From: an uncultured bacterium
Lineage (GTDB): Bacteria; Lernaellota; Lernaellaia; Lernaellales; Lernaellaceae
Direction of reading: 5' to 3'
DNA: 64,000 nt
NCBI GenBank assembly: GCA_964534375.1
Contig: CAZHPN010000002.1
Coordinates: forward strand, 2,276 to 66,275
Made by a program: the position numbers and the translations under genes. Numbering within the stretch: position 1 is the stretch's first letter; each line of letters starts with the position of its first letter. Below are positions 8,248-17,800 of this stretch, one piece after another. The notes beneath the pieces were generated by a model, which was not told where the DNA came from, did no database searches, and saw only the letters and a program-made list of their open reading frames with translations.

Positions 8248-9453
8248 ATGCGCGGAAATCTCGTCATCGGCCAATCCGGCGGCCCGACCGCCGTCATCAA
8301 TGCGTCGCTCGTCGGCGTGATTCAGGAAGCGAAAAAACATGCGGAGTTCGGCCAGCTTTACGGCATGCGGTTCGGCATTCAGGGCCTGCTCGACGAAAAC
8401 CTGATCGATCTGCGCGCCGAGAGCGAGGCGACGTTGGAACTGCTCAAGGTCACGCCCTCGTCGGCGCTCGGTTCGTGCCGCGTGAAACTCACCGACGAGC
8501 ATCTGCCGCAGATTCTCGCGGTGCTGCGGAAATATGATATCCGCTATTTCTTTTACATCGGCGGCGACGATTCGCAGAATACGACGCATCGCGTGGTCGA
8601 ATACGCAAAGGCGCAGGGCTACGAATTGGGCGGCATCGGCATTCCGAAAACCGTGGACAACGACCTGTTCGGCACCGACCACACGCCGGGCTACGGCTCG
8701 GCGGCGCGCTACGTGGCGCTGTCGGCGCAGCAGGGCGGCATTTTGGCGCGCGACATGTGCCAGGTCGATCCGGTGCTGGTTTATCAGGCCGTCGGCCGCG
8801 ACGCCGGGTGGCTGGCCGCCGCCGCGGCGCTCGCGAAAAAGTACGAGGAAGATCCGCCGCATTTGATCTACATCCCCGAGCGGCCTTTCAGCAAGGAAAA
8901 ATTCTGCGCCGATGTCGAACGCTGCTACGCCAAATACGGCTTCGTCTCGATCGTCATCGGCGAGGGCATCGCTTACGCCGACGGCTCGCCGGTTTCGGGC
9001 ACGCAAACCTTCGACAAATTCGGCAATCCGGAATTCGGCGCGATGGGCGGCGTCGCGGCGGCGACGGTCGTCAAAAAAATCGCCTGCGACTGCCTCGACG
9101 CGCGCGGCGAATTCCAGATCGTCGAATCGCTGCAAATGGCCGGCGCCGACCGCGTCTCGCTCGTCGATCGCGCCGAAGCGTACGAAGCGGGCGCCGAGGC
9201 CGCGCGCTGGGCCGCCGCCGGCCGCTCGGGCGTGATGGTCGCCTTCGAACGCGAGCCGGGCGCCGAATATCGCATCAAATGCGTGCCCGTGCCGCTCACG
9301 CGCGTCAACGAGGGCAAGCAGACCATGCCCGCGCATTTCATCGACGACAAAAACAGCATCGTCACCGAAGCCTTTTTGCAATACCTGCGCCCGCTCGTCG
9401 GCGAGTTGCCGCCGATGGGCCGGCTGGCGTATAAGAGGGTTGCCACAAAATAG
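8248..9453 (+). CDS. pfp: Pyrophosphate-dependent 6-phosphofructokinase (PFK family, GGDD type)
   Basis: ATG at 8248 behind AAGGGAG. Motifs GQSGGPTAVINAS, YIGGDDS (Gly to Asp substitution characteristic of PPi-PFK) and PKTVDNDL. Confidence 0.85.
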   Translation: MRGNLVIGQSGGPTAVINASLVGVIQEAKKHAEFGQLYGMRFGIQGLLDENLIDLRAESEATLELLKVTPSSALGSCRVKLTDEHLPQILAVLRKYDIRYFFYIGGDDSQNTTHRVVEYAKAQGYELGGIGIPKTVDNDLFGTDHTPGYGSAARYVALSAQQGGILARDMCQVDPVLVYQAVGRDAGWLAAAAALAKKYEEDPPHLIYIPERPFSKEKFCADVERCYAKYGFVSIVIGEGIAYADGSPVSGTQTFDKFGNPEFGAMGGVAAATVVKKIACDCLDARGEFQIVESLQMAGADRVSLVDRAEAYEAGAEAARWAAAGRSGVMVAFEREPGAEYRIKCVPVPLTRVNEGKQTMPAHFIDDKNSIVTEAFLQYLRPLVGELPPMGRLAYKRVATK

Positions 9454-9473
9454 TCTTGCCGATGGAGGGTAAA

Positions 9474-10286
9474 GTGAGAGCGTCGGAGGTCCTTTCCGCC
9501 CGAACTGCGGGATTGCGTTTCTCTATGGCGCTTTGCTGCCTCGCGCTCGCCGCCTGTGCGCCGGTCACCTACAACCGCTATCAGCCGGCGCAGACGATGG
9601 GCGAGGGGCAATTCAAGTTGGCGGCGTCGATCGACACGGGCTGCGACCCCATGGGAGAACTTTGGCCGGACGTTGCAAATGAAGTCGGCGCGCTATGTAC
9701 GGACGACCCATGCAGCGGCAGAGGCGTAGCGGCCGCGGCAAACGCGCCCGGGGGAAATGTGTCCTTCGCTTATGGAGCGGCAGACATCGTTGACGTTGAA
9801 GCGTCGTTGTCGACCGCCTTGTACGCGCGGGCCAACGCCAAAGTGCAGTTGCTGCGTTTCGGCGGCAACGGCGCGCTGGCGCTGTCGCCGGGCGGCGGCT
9901 ATCTCCCGTTTGCGGGACATGGCAGCAGCGATCCAAATCTAGATTCAATTCACCGCGACCGGTTTTCCGGTTTCGTCGGAACGTTCGAGGCGCCGCTCAC
10001 TGTGGGTTGGGAAGTCGCGCCGGCATCGATTTATTTTGGCGCAATGTCGGCCTACACCCACATCCAAATCGACTATCACCGCATCGCCACGGATTACAGA
10101 CAGAACATCGAGCACCGGTACGATTGGATACTCCTCGGCCCGATTTTCGGCGTTCAGTTCCGGTGGAAGTGGTTCATTATCACGCCGGAAATCGTTGTGC
10201 CGTTTAAGGCCGTTCGATTTCGCCCGGCTTACGACGAGAGCACATTTTACATCTCGCCGGGTTTGCAACTGGGAGCCCGATGGTGA
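9474..10286 (+). CDS. Lipoprotein, beta-barrel-like; paralog family copy 1
   Basis: GTG at 9474 behind GGAGGG. Signal plus lipobox ...LALAACAP, then the conserved VTYNRYQPAQTMGEGQFKLAAS. The C-terminus SPGLQLGARW has a terminal aromatic. It is paralogous to 13667-14551. Confidence 0.6.
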   Translation: MRASEVLSARTAGLRFSMALCCLALAACAPVTYNRYQPAQTMGEGQFKLAASIDTGCDPMGELWPDVANEVGALCTDDPCSGRGVAAAANAPGGNVSFAYGAADIVDVEASLSTALYARANAKVQLLRFGGNGALALSPGGGYLPFAGHGSSDPNLDSIHRDRFSGFVGTFEAPLTVGWEVAPASIYFGAMSAYTHIQIDYHRIATDYRQNIEHRYDWILLGPIFGVQFRWKWFIITPEIVVPFKAVRFRPAYDESTFYISPGLQLGARW

Positions 10287-10361
10287 ACGGCGCGAGCCAT
10301 TTGTGGCGACTGCAACCCATTCAACATCGTTTTGCTTGCGGCTTGGCGGCCGTCGGTAGGC

Positions 10362-10869
10362 AATATGAACCGTAACAGAATTTTTGGATTGCTTTGCCTT
10401 GCCGCGCTCGTCGCCTGTGCGACGGCCCCGGTCAACCGGCGCCAACCGGCGCAAACCATGGGCGAGGGCCAGTTCAAGCTGGCGGCCTCGTGAACGTGAG
10501 GTTCGCGCACCGCGCGCCAAAAGACGTCGACGTCGAGGTCTCGGTCGCGACCCACATCGCCGAATCGATCACGCCCGGCGTGTACCTGCGCACGAACGCC
10601 AATGTGCAGCTTCTGCGTTTCGGCGAGGTCGGCGCGCTCGCGTTGGCCCCCGGCCTTGGCGATATTACGGGACCATCAACGGCCTCCACGCCTTTGTGCA
10701 CGGCGAATACGATTTTCTGGCGATCGGCCCGGTGGTCGGAGTCCAATGCAAATGGAGTTGGTTTGTTCTGACGCCGGAATTGACTGCGTTGTACGAGCAA
10801 GAACTCGCCCGATACGATGACACAAACAATTTTTACATTGTGCCCGGCCTGCAACTCGGCGCGCAGTTC
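10362..10869 (+). pseudogene. Disrupted paralog of the lipoprotein family (multiple frameshifts, premature stop, lost stop)
   Basis: Frame 0 reads MNRNRIFGLLCLAALVACATAPVNRRQPAQTMGEGQFKLAAS, then hits a stop. Homology continues in frame +2 (VQLLRFGEVGALALAPG) and then frame +1 (GPVVGVQCKWSWFVLTPE...YIVPGLQLGAQF). The terminal stop is lost. Confidence 0.6.
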
Positions 10870-11098
10870 CAGCCGGTTTGTCGAGGTTGGAAAAAAGAAA
10901 AACGAAGCAGGTTGTTTTTCAAAATCGCGCGAGTTGGCTTCTCGTTGTTGCGTTCTCTTGCCTCATCCGCGCCGCCCGCGCTCCTGGATTCGGCGACTAT
11001 AGTGATTAATCTCGAAAAGTTGGTCTCGACGGTTATTGGGGGCGGCGGCTAATGCGTGCATTCATTCAAGAACAATCGGCGGCGAAGGAGAGAAGGCG

Positions 11099-11881
11099 AT
11101 GGCCAATCACAACATCGGGACACGCGAAGAGTGGCTGGCAGCCAGGCTGGCGTTGCTGAAGGACGAGAAGGCGCTTACGCGACGCAGCGACAAGCTGGCG
11201 CGGCGGCGGCAGGATCTGCCGTGGGTCCGGGTCGACAAGGAGTACCGCTTCGAGACCGAGGAAGGAGCGGCCTCGCTGGCCGACCTTTTCCGCGGGCGTT
11301 CGCAGCTTCTCGTCTATCATTTCATGTTCGGGCCCGACTACAAGGCGGGGTGTCCGTCTTGCTCGTCGATCGCGGACGGGTTCAATGGTTTCTTCGTCCA
11401 CCTAGCCAACCACGACGTCATGTTTTCGGCGGTGTCGCGAGCGCCGCTCGCGAAACTGCAGGCGTACAAGAAGCGGATGGGCTGGAGTTTCCCCTGGGCG
11501 TCCTCGCATGGCGCGGACTTCAACTTCGACTTCAACGTTTCGCTCACCGAGGAGCAACAGCGCGCCGGGGCCGAGTACAACTACCGGCGCGAAGAGGCGT
11601 GGCCGGTCGGCGAACCAGACGATTCATCGACAGGAGACGGCGAGGGGCCGGTCGACGAGATCGCGGCCATGACCGGAACCGACGTGGCCACCTACACGCG
11701 CGAGCGGCCCGGCATGAGCGCGTTCGCAATCGAGAATGGCGTCGTCTACCACACCTATTCGACCTATTCGCGCGGATTGGACGTCCTGTGGGGTGTCTAC
11801 CAATGGCTCGACCGCGCGCCGCTGGGGCGCAACGAGACGGGCATCTGGTGGCGCCGCCACGACGAGTACGGCAATAGTTGA
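11099..11881 (+). CDS. DUF899 thioredoxin-like domain protein
   Basis: ATG at 11099 behind AAGGAGAG. The product is about 260 aa and contains a CPSC motif in the sequence HFMFGPDYKAGCPSCS, typical of the DUF899 thioredoxin-fold family. The upstream TTG-initiated ORF extension is not needed. Confidence 0.65.
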   Translation: MANHNIGTREEWLAARLALLKDEKALTRRSDKLARRRQDLPWVRVDKEYRFETEEGAASLADLFRGRSQLLVYHFMFGPDYKAGCPSCSSIADGFNGFFVHLANHDVMFSAVSRAPLAKLQAYKKRMGWSFPWASSHGADFNFDFNVSLTEEQQRAGAEYNYRREEAWPVGEPDDSSTGDGEGPVDEIAAMTGTDVATYTRERPGMSAFAIENGVVYHTYSTYSRGLDVLWGVYQWLDRAPLGRNETGIWWRRHDEYGNS

Positions 11882-11908
11882 GAGCGGCATCCGCGCCGAA
11901 GGCTTGAA

Positions 11909-11969
11909 TGCAGGGGCGGTTCGCGAACCGCCCCTGCGCTGAACGGACCGGCAAAAAGCGGATTTTTGC
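11909..11969. terminator. Bidirectional terminator between convergent genes
   Basis: Perfect 14-bp palindrome gcaggggcggttcg/cgaaccgcccctgc at 11909-11936. A second hairpin, ggcaaaaagcggatttttgcc, carries A/T runs on both sides. Confidence 0.5.
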
Positions 11970-11994
11970 CAGCGGCGCGGCAATGAGCAATGAA

Positions 11995-13368
11995 CTAATT
12001 GCCGTCGTAATGCAAAATCACCCCACTGTAGCCGACGGCGAATACGTCCGAGGCCGAGCTGCCCCAGACGCCGTACAATGACTGTGCGGACGACGCGGGG
12101 ATCGACATCTGCGACCACGCGGCGCCGTTGTATTGCCAAATCCCCAGGCCGCTGCCTCCCACGCTTCCCACGACGAACACGTCGCTTGCCGAGGCGCCCC
12201 AAACGCCGGCCAGATCCATGGAAGACATCGCGGGGACTGTCATCGCCGACCACGAGGCGCCGTCGTAATGCCAGACCGGCTGGAGATATGCGCCGTCGTA
12301 TCCGACGGCGAACACGTCCGAGGCCGAGCTGCCCCAAACGCCGGTGAATATCACCGTGTCCGTCATTTCCACGGTCATCTCCGACCACGAGGAACCGTCG
12401 TAGTTCCAGAACGATCCGGCGTTTTCAGACGCGGAATAGCCGGCGGCGATCACGTTCGAAGCGGAACTTCCCCAAACGCCATTTAACCCGACGTCCGTCC
12501 CCGGGCCGGGTGTGGCGATCGACCACGAGCTTCCATTGTATTGCAAGGCGACCGGGCCGAATTCGCCGGTCCCGTCCCAGCCGACGCCGATCACGTTCGC
12601 GGCGGAACTTCCCCAAACGGCGCCAAAATACACTTCATCGGTCGTGATGTTCCCCATCGCCGACCACGAGGAACCGTCGTAATGCACGACGGTGACGCTG
12701 TCGGTGCTCGTCTGGTAGCTGCCCACCACGTACACGTCGGAACTGGCGCTTCCCCAAACGCCAACGAACGCTGCGGGGATCCCGGTCGCCGTATAGGACC
12801 ACGAGGAACCGTCGTAATGCCCGATCTCGCCGTTGTCGCCGACCGCGAACACGTCGGAAGGCGAGCTTCCCCAAACGGCGTGCAAATCGTACGGCTGCCC
12901 CCCGGCGGCCGCCACCGACCAATTGTCATCGTCATCGTCGACCGGCGACGTGTCATTGTCGTCGTCATCGTCGACGGTGTCGTTGTCGTCATTGTCGTTG
13001 TCGTCGTCATCGTTGTCGTCGTTGTCGTCATCGTTGTCGTCATCGTTGTCGTCATCGTTGTCGTCATCGTTGTCGTTGTCGTCGTTATCGTCGTCGTCGT
13101 TGTCGTCGTCGTCGGGGGCTGTGTCGTCGTCGACTGGCGGCGACGTGTCGTTGTCATTGTCGTCGTCGTTGTCATTGTCGTCGTCATCGTCCGGCGAAGC
13201 GTCGTTGTCGTCGTCGTCCGGCGAGGCGTCGTCGTCCGGCGAAACGTCGTCGTCGACGGCATGGCCGTGACTGCTGCTGCTGGAGCCGCAGTCGCACGAT
13301 GCCGCGGCAATGACCAGCAAACCCGCCAGAACCATCAGAGCCAGGTGCAAAGCGATTTTCGACCTCAT
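11995..13368 (-). CDS. Exported lipoprotein: lipobox, ~110-aa poly-Asp/Asn low-complexity linker, then 8-bladed beta-propeller-like repeat domain
   Basis: ATG (cat at 13366-13368) behind GGAGGG. Signal ...LVIAAASC. Linker DDDVSPDDDASPDDDDND...(DDDND)n. About eight ~45-aa repeats of the form GVWGSSASDVFAVG...HYDGSSWS. Confidence 0.75.
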   Translation of the reverse strand: MRSKIALHLALMVLAGLLVIAAASCDCGSSSSSHGHAVDDDVSPDDDASPDDDDNDASPDDDDDNDNDDDNDNDTSPPVDDDTAPDDDDNDDDDNDDNDNDDDNDDDNDDDNDDDNDDNDDDDNDNDDNDTVDDDDDNDTSPVDDDDDNWSVAAAGGQPYDLHAVWGSSPSDVFAVGDNGEIGHYDGSSWSYTATGIPAAFVGVWGSASSDVYVVGSYQTSTDSVTVVHYDGSSWSAMGNITTDEVYFGAVWGSSAANVIGVGWDGTGEFGPVALQYNGSSWSIATPGPGTDVGLNGVWGSSASNVIAAGYSASENAGSFWNYDGSSWSEMTVEMTDTVIFTGVWGSSASDVFAVGYDGAYLQPVWHYDGASWSAMTVPAMSSMDLAGVWGASASDVFVVGSVGGSGLGIWQYNGAAWSQMSIPASSAQSLYGVWGSSASDVFAVGYSGVILHYDGN

Positions 13369-13666
13369 CTTCCCTCCGGTGTTAGAGTGAACAGCTCAAG
13401 TTGCGATTATTTTATCAGCAAATGTTCCAATATGTCAAGGAAAGTTGACGGAAAGCAATGGAATGGCGCCAAATTAACTGTCGTTCGCGTCTGTGTCGAC
13501 GCATTATCTCGCAAAATCGACGTCCCAGTCGGCCGACTACCTGGACGTTTCGGTCTTTCGTCGTTCGCGGGCGCGCGGTTCGAGGCGATTGGGGCGGTGG
13601 CCGATAACGGGATTTCGTCGTATGCTGCGTTTGCCGGGTCAAATTCGCTTTTCTGAGGTTGACGAG

Positions 13667-14551
13667 ATGAGGCAAAAGAACGCGGCGATTGCGTCGCCCG
13701 CGCAGAGCCGTTTCTTCACTGCACTGTGTCTTCTGGCGCTGCTCGCGGCTTGCTCCCCGATCACCTACAATCGTTATCAGCCGGCGCAAACCATGGGCGA
13801 AGGGCAATTCAAGCTGGCGGCGTCCGCGGAATTCGGCAAGGAAATGGCAGCCAACGTCCAGACGAGCCTGGCGGCCCAGATGGACCAGAAAGTGCTCGCC
13901 TGGTCGACGAGCCATCCGCTGCCGGGCGGGAGGACGCTCGGCGCCGCCGGCGTCGGACCGCCGAGTTCCGTCGGCATTTTGAATCTGCCCGCGCTCAGTG
14001 ATCCCGTGCCGCAAGCGAACGTCTATTTCGCGTACGGCCTGACGAACACGCTCGACCTCGAAGGTTCGATTTCGACCGCGCCCTACTTTCGCTTCAACGC
14101 CAAAGCGCAGGTGTGGCAATTTGGCTCGCGCGGCGCCGTCGCCGTCGCGCCGGGCGTCGGTTACTTGCCGTTCAGCGAATCCGCGAGCGGGTCCGGCGGC
14201 AGAGTCAAGGACAAATACAGCGGCTACGCGGCGACGGCGGAGCTGCCGGTGGTCGTCGGCTGGCAGTATCACGTTGTCTCGCCGTACGTGGGCGTGCTGC
14301 TCGCGTACAATCACATCGGCCTGAACTTCTCGCGCGTCGACTCCGATTTCACGCCGGCGTTCTCCGGTTTCCTGACCGCGGATTACGACCTGTTCAGCGT
14401 CGGGCCGATGGTCGGCGTGCAACTCAAATTCGGCCCGTTCATCCTGACACCGGAGCTCATCGCGCTCTACGCGCACGGGGCCGGCAGCGGTCTCGTGCTG
14501 CCGCATTCGTTTTTCCTCTCGCCGGGCCTGCAATTGGGCGGGCAATGGTAG
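13667..14551 (+). CDS. Lipoprotein, beta-barrel-like; paralog family copy 3
   Basis: ATG at 13667 behind GAGG. Lipobox LLAACSP plus PITYNRYQPAQTMGEGQFKLAAS. C-terminus SPGLQLGGQW. It is similar along its length to 9474-10286 but carries insertions. Confidence 0.65.
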   Translation: MRQKNAAIASPAQSRFFTALCLLALLAACSPITYNRYQPAQTMGEGQFKLAASAEFGKEMAANVQTSLAAQMDQKVLAWSTSHPLPGGRTLGAAGVGPPSSVGILNLPALSDPVPQANVYFAYGLTNTLDLEGSISTAPYFRFNAKAQVWQFGSRGAVAVAPGVGYLPFSESASGSGGRVKDKYSGYAATAELPVVVGWQYHVVSPYVGVLLAYNHIGLNFSRVDSDFTPAFSGFLTADYDLFSVGPMVGVQLKFGPFILTPELIALYAHGAGSGLVLPHSFFLSPGLQLGGQW

Positions 14552-14559
14552 CAAGGCGG

Positions 14560-14830
14560 AGGGCTAAAAAGCCGGGCATCTTCACCTCTCCCGCTGGGAC
14601 AGGTCGCCGAGTGCAACGAGGCGGGCGAGGGTGAATGCCGATGGGGCCGCCACCCCAGTCCTCTCTCAGGGGGAGAGGGAGCATGAACCTCTCCCTCCGG
14701 GAGAGATCGCCCGCAGGCTGGGTGAGGGCATCTTCACCTCTCCCCCTGGGAGAGGTCGCCGCGCGAAGCGCGGCGGGTGAGGGCGCTCACCCCATCCCTC
14801 TCCCAGAGCGAGAGGGAGGTTGAAAATCGA
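14560..14830. repeat. Cluster of REP-like palindromic repeats (two ~60-bp copies plus GGGAGAGG-type palindromes)
   Basis: The unit gggcatcttcacctctccc[g/c]ctggga[c/g]aggtcgccg...gcggg[c/t]gaggg[tgaa/cgct] occurs at ~14573 and ~14732. Each copy folds as ttcacctctccc / gggagaggtgaa. Between them lie cctctctcagggggagagggag and cctctccctccgggagag. The cluster sits between convergent gene ends. Confidence 0.5.
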
Positions 14831-14891
14831 CGCCGCCCCGGGGGCGGCATCGATTCCAATCACCTGTCGGTTCGGCGGCTTTTCGGTCGGT

Positions 14892-17800
14892 TCACCGGGC
14901 CCGCGGCGCGGCCTGACTGGTCTTTTTCTTGCTTCCGCCGCTACAGGCTTGCTCCTGGCATGTCGCCGGCGGGATGCAGACTTCGCAAACGGCGCCGCCG
15001 GTCCCGCAAGCGCCGGAGTCGGTTCCGAGCTGGCACGTGCCGGTGTTGTCGCAGCAGCCGTTCGGGCACGACGTGGCGTCGCACACGCATTGGAAGCTCA
15101 GGCATTCGGCGCCAGAGGCGGTGCAATTTTGGCAAACCACGCCGCCCGTGCCGCAGTTGGAGTTGTCGCCGCCAGTTTGGCAGTTGACGCCGCTGCAGCA
15201 GCCGGACGGACACGAATTGGCGTCGCAGACGCACGCGCCGCCCGAGCATTCCTGACCGCCGGCGCACGTCGTGCAGGCCGCGCCGCCCGCGCCGCAGTTG
15301 CTGGGGCTGGCGGCCATGCAGACATTGCTCGCGCAGCAGCCGGCGCACGTCCCGTCGCACGCGCACTGCTGGTTCGTGCAACTATCTCCCAAATCGTTGC
15401 AATTCTGGCACGCGCCGCCGGCCTGTCCGCAGAGAGAGGGCGCCGTGCCGGCATAGCACGTGTTCCCGCTGCAACAGCCGTTGATCGTTGCGCACGACGC
15501 TTGCGTGCAGATGCATTGCCCGCCCGAGCACGTCTGGCCGTTGGCGCACGCGATGCAGGCGCCGCCGCCGGAGCCGCACTCGGCATCCGTGACCGGATTC
15601 ACGCAGGTCGACCCGTTGCAACAACCGCTCGCGCAGGCGCTGGTGTCGCAGACGCATTGATTGCCCACGCAATCGTTGCCCGCGCTGCACGTCTGACAGG
15701 CCTGGCCGTTGGTTCCACAGGCGCTGGGGCTGCCGGCAGTCTGGCAATTGCCGGTGTTGTCGCAGCAGCCCGTCGGGCAGGAACCCGACGCCCCCGGCGT
15801 GCAGGTGCACGTGCCGAGCACGCATTCCTGACCGCTGGCGCACGCGCCGCAGATGGCGCCGCTCGCGCCGCAATACGTGGTGTTCTCATTGTCGTAGATA
15901 ATGCACGGCCCAGCCGGCGTCCGGCAACATCCCGTATTGCACGTATTCGAGTTGCAGACGCACCCGCCGGCCACGCACTGGGCGCCGATTGCGGTGCAAT
16001 TCGTGCACGCCGCGCCGGCGGTTCCGCAATCCGCGTCGGCGCCGGAGGTCACGCAATTGCCGCCGTCGCAGCAACCCGAGACCGCCGCGCACGCCGTCGC
16101 GTCGCAGACACAGGCGCCGGACGCGTTGCAGATCTGTCCGGGGGCGCAGGAGAAGCAGGCCGTGCCGCCCGTGCCGCACGAGCCGGCGCTCTCGCCGCTA
16201 TAGACCTCGCACGGTCCGAGCGGCGACACGCAACAGCTTGCGGCGCACGAGGTCGCGTTGCATACGCAGGCGCCACTTTGACATTCTAATCCGCTGTCGC
16301 ACGAGACGCAGGGGGCGCCGTCCGCGCCGCATTGCGAATTGATATTGCCCTGCTCGCACGACGCCCCGGCGCAGCAACCCGAACTGCACGTCGTGTTGTC
16401 GCAGACGCATTCGCCGGCGACGCAATGGTTGCCCGCGCTGCAGACCTGACACTGCGCGCCGCCCGTGCCGCAGGCGCTGTCCGAGGTTCCGTCCTGGTTG
16501 CATTCGGGGGCTGAACCCGGGCAGCAACCGGTGCAGGTAATCGTGTCGCAGGTGCACTCGCCGCTCACGCAATCGACGTCGGTCGCGCACGCCGAACACG
16601 TCGCGCCGCCCAGGCCGCAGGAGCCGGGGCTTTGTTGGTCGAACGTTTCGCACGGCCCGGCGAATCCGGCGACGCAGCAGCCGTTCGCGCACGAAACGCC
16701 GTCGCAAATGCACACGCCGCCGTCGCCGCACCGATATCCGGCGTTGCACGAGATGCACACGGCGCCGCCCACTCCGCAGTCGGAATTCTGGTTGCCCGGC
16801 TCGCAGGTTGTGCCGTCGCAGCACCCGGAGGTGCATGCGGTCGTGTCGCAAACGCATTGCTGCTGCGGGCTGCACTCATTGCCCTCGGGGCAGGCTTGGC
16901 AACTCGCGCCGCCTTTGCCGCAAAAAGTGCTTGTTGTGCCGTCCTGGCAGTTGTTATTGGAGTCGCAGCAGCCTTTTGGGCACGAGGTTGGGTCACAGGT
17001 GCAGACGCCGTTTGCGCATTCTTGATTGGTCAGGCAACCCGCGCAGACCGCGCCGTCGGCGCCGCACGCCGTGACGCTCTGCTGCGCGATCGGCAGGCAA
17101 TTCCCGGCGACGCCGTAGCAGCAGCCCCCGGCGCATGTCGTCGCATCGCAGGCGCAGGTCCGGTTCGTGCAGGGCACGCCGTCGGCGCAGGCGACGCACG
17201 CCGCGCCGCCGCTGCCGCAGGCCGAACTATCCTCGGTGGTCACGCACTGGTTTCCCGAGCAGCAGCCCGTCGGGCAAGCCGTGGAGTCGCACGTGCAGGA
17301 GTTTTTCACGCATTCCTGCCCCGTGGCGCAGGGCGCGCACGCGACGCCGCCTGTGCCGCAGGCCGAATTATCCCCGGCGGTCACGCACTGGTTTCCGGAA
17401 CAGCAGCCGTTCGGGCATGACGTTGCGTCGCACACGCAGACGCCGTTCACGCATTCGGCGCCAAGGGCGGTGCAATCCTGGCAGACCGCGCCGCCGAGCC
17501 CGCAGTCGTTATTGGCTTCGTCCTGGTGGCAGCTGCCGGTGCTGTCGCAACAGCCGTTGTTGGCGCCCACGCAGTGCGCGGCGCAACTTTCGCACTGATA
17601 CGTCGCCGCATTGCAGTATTCTTGCGGCGTCATCGCCGTGCAATTGACGCAGGCTGTTCCGCCGGTCCCGCAGTAGTTGCTGTCGGTCCCCGTCAGGCAT
17701 GTGGCGCCGGAACAGCAACCTGTCGGGCAGTCTGATGGATCGCAGAAGTTCACGCAGGCCCCGTTTTGGCAGACGGTTCCGCTGGCGCAATCCTGGCACG

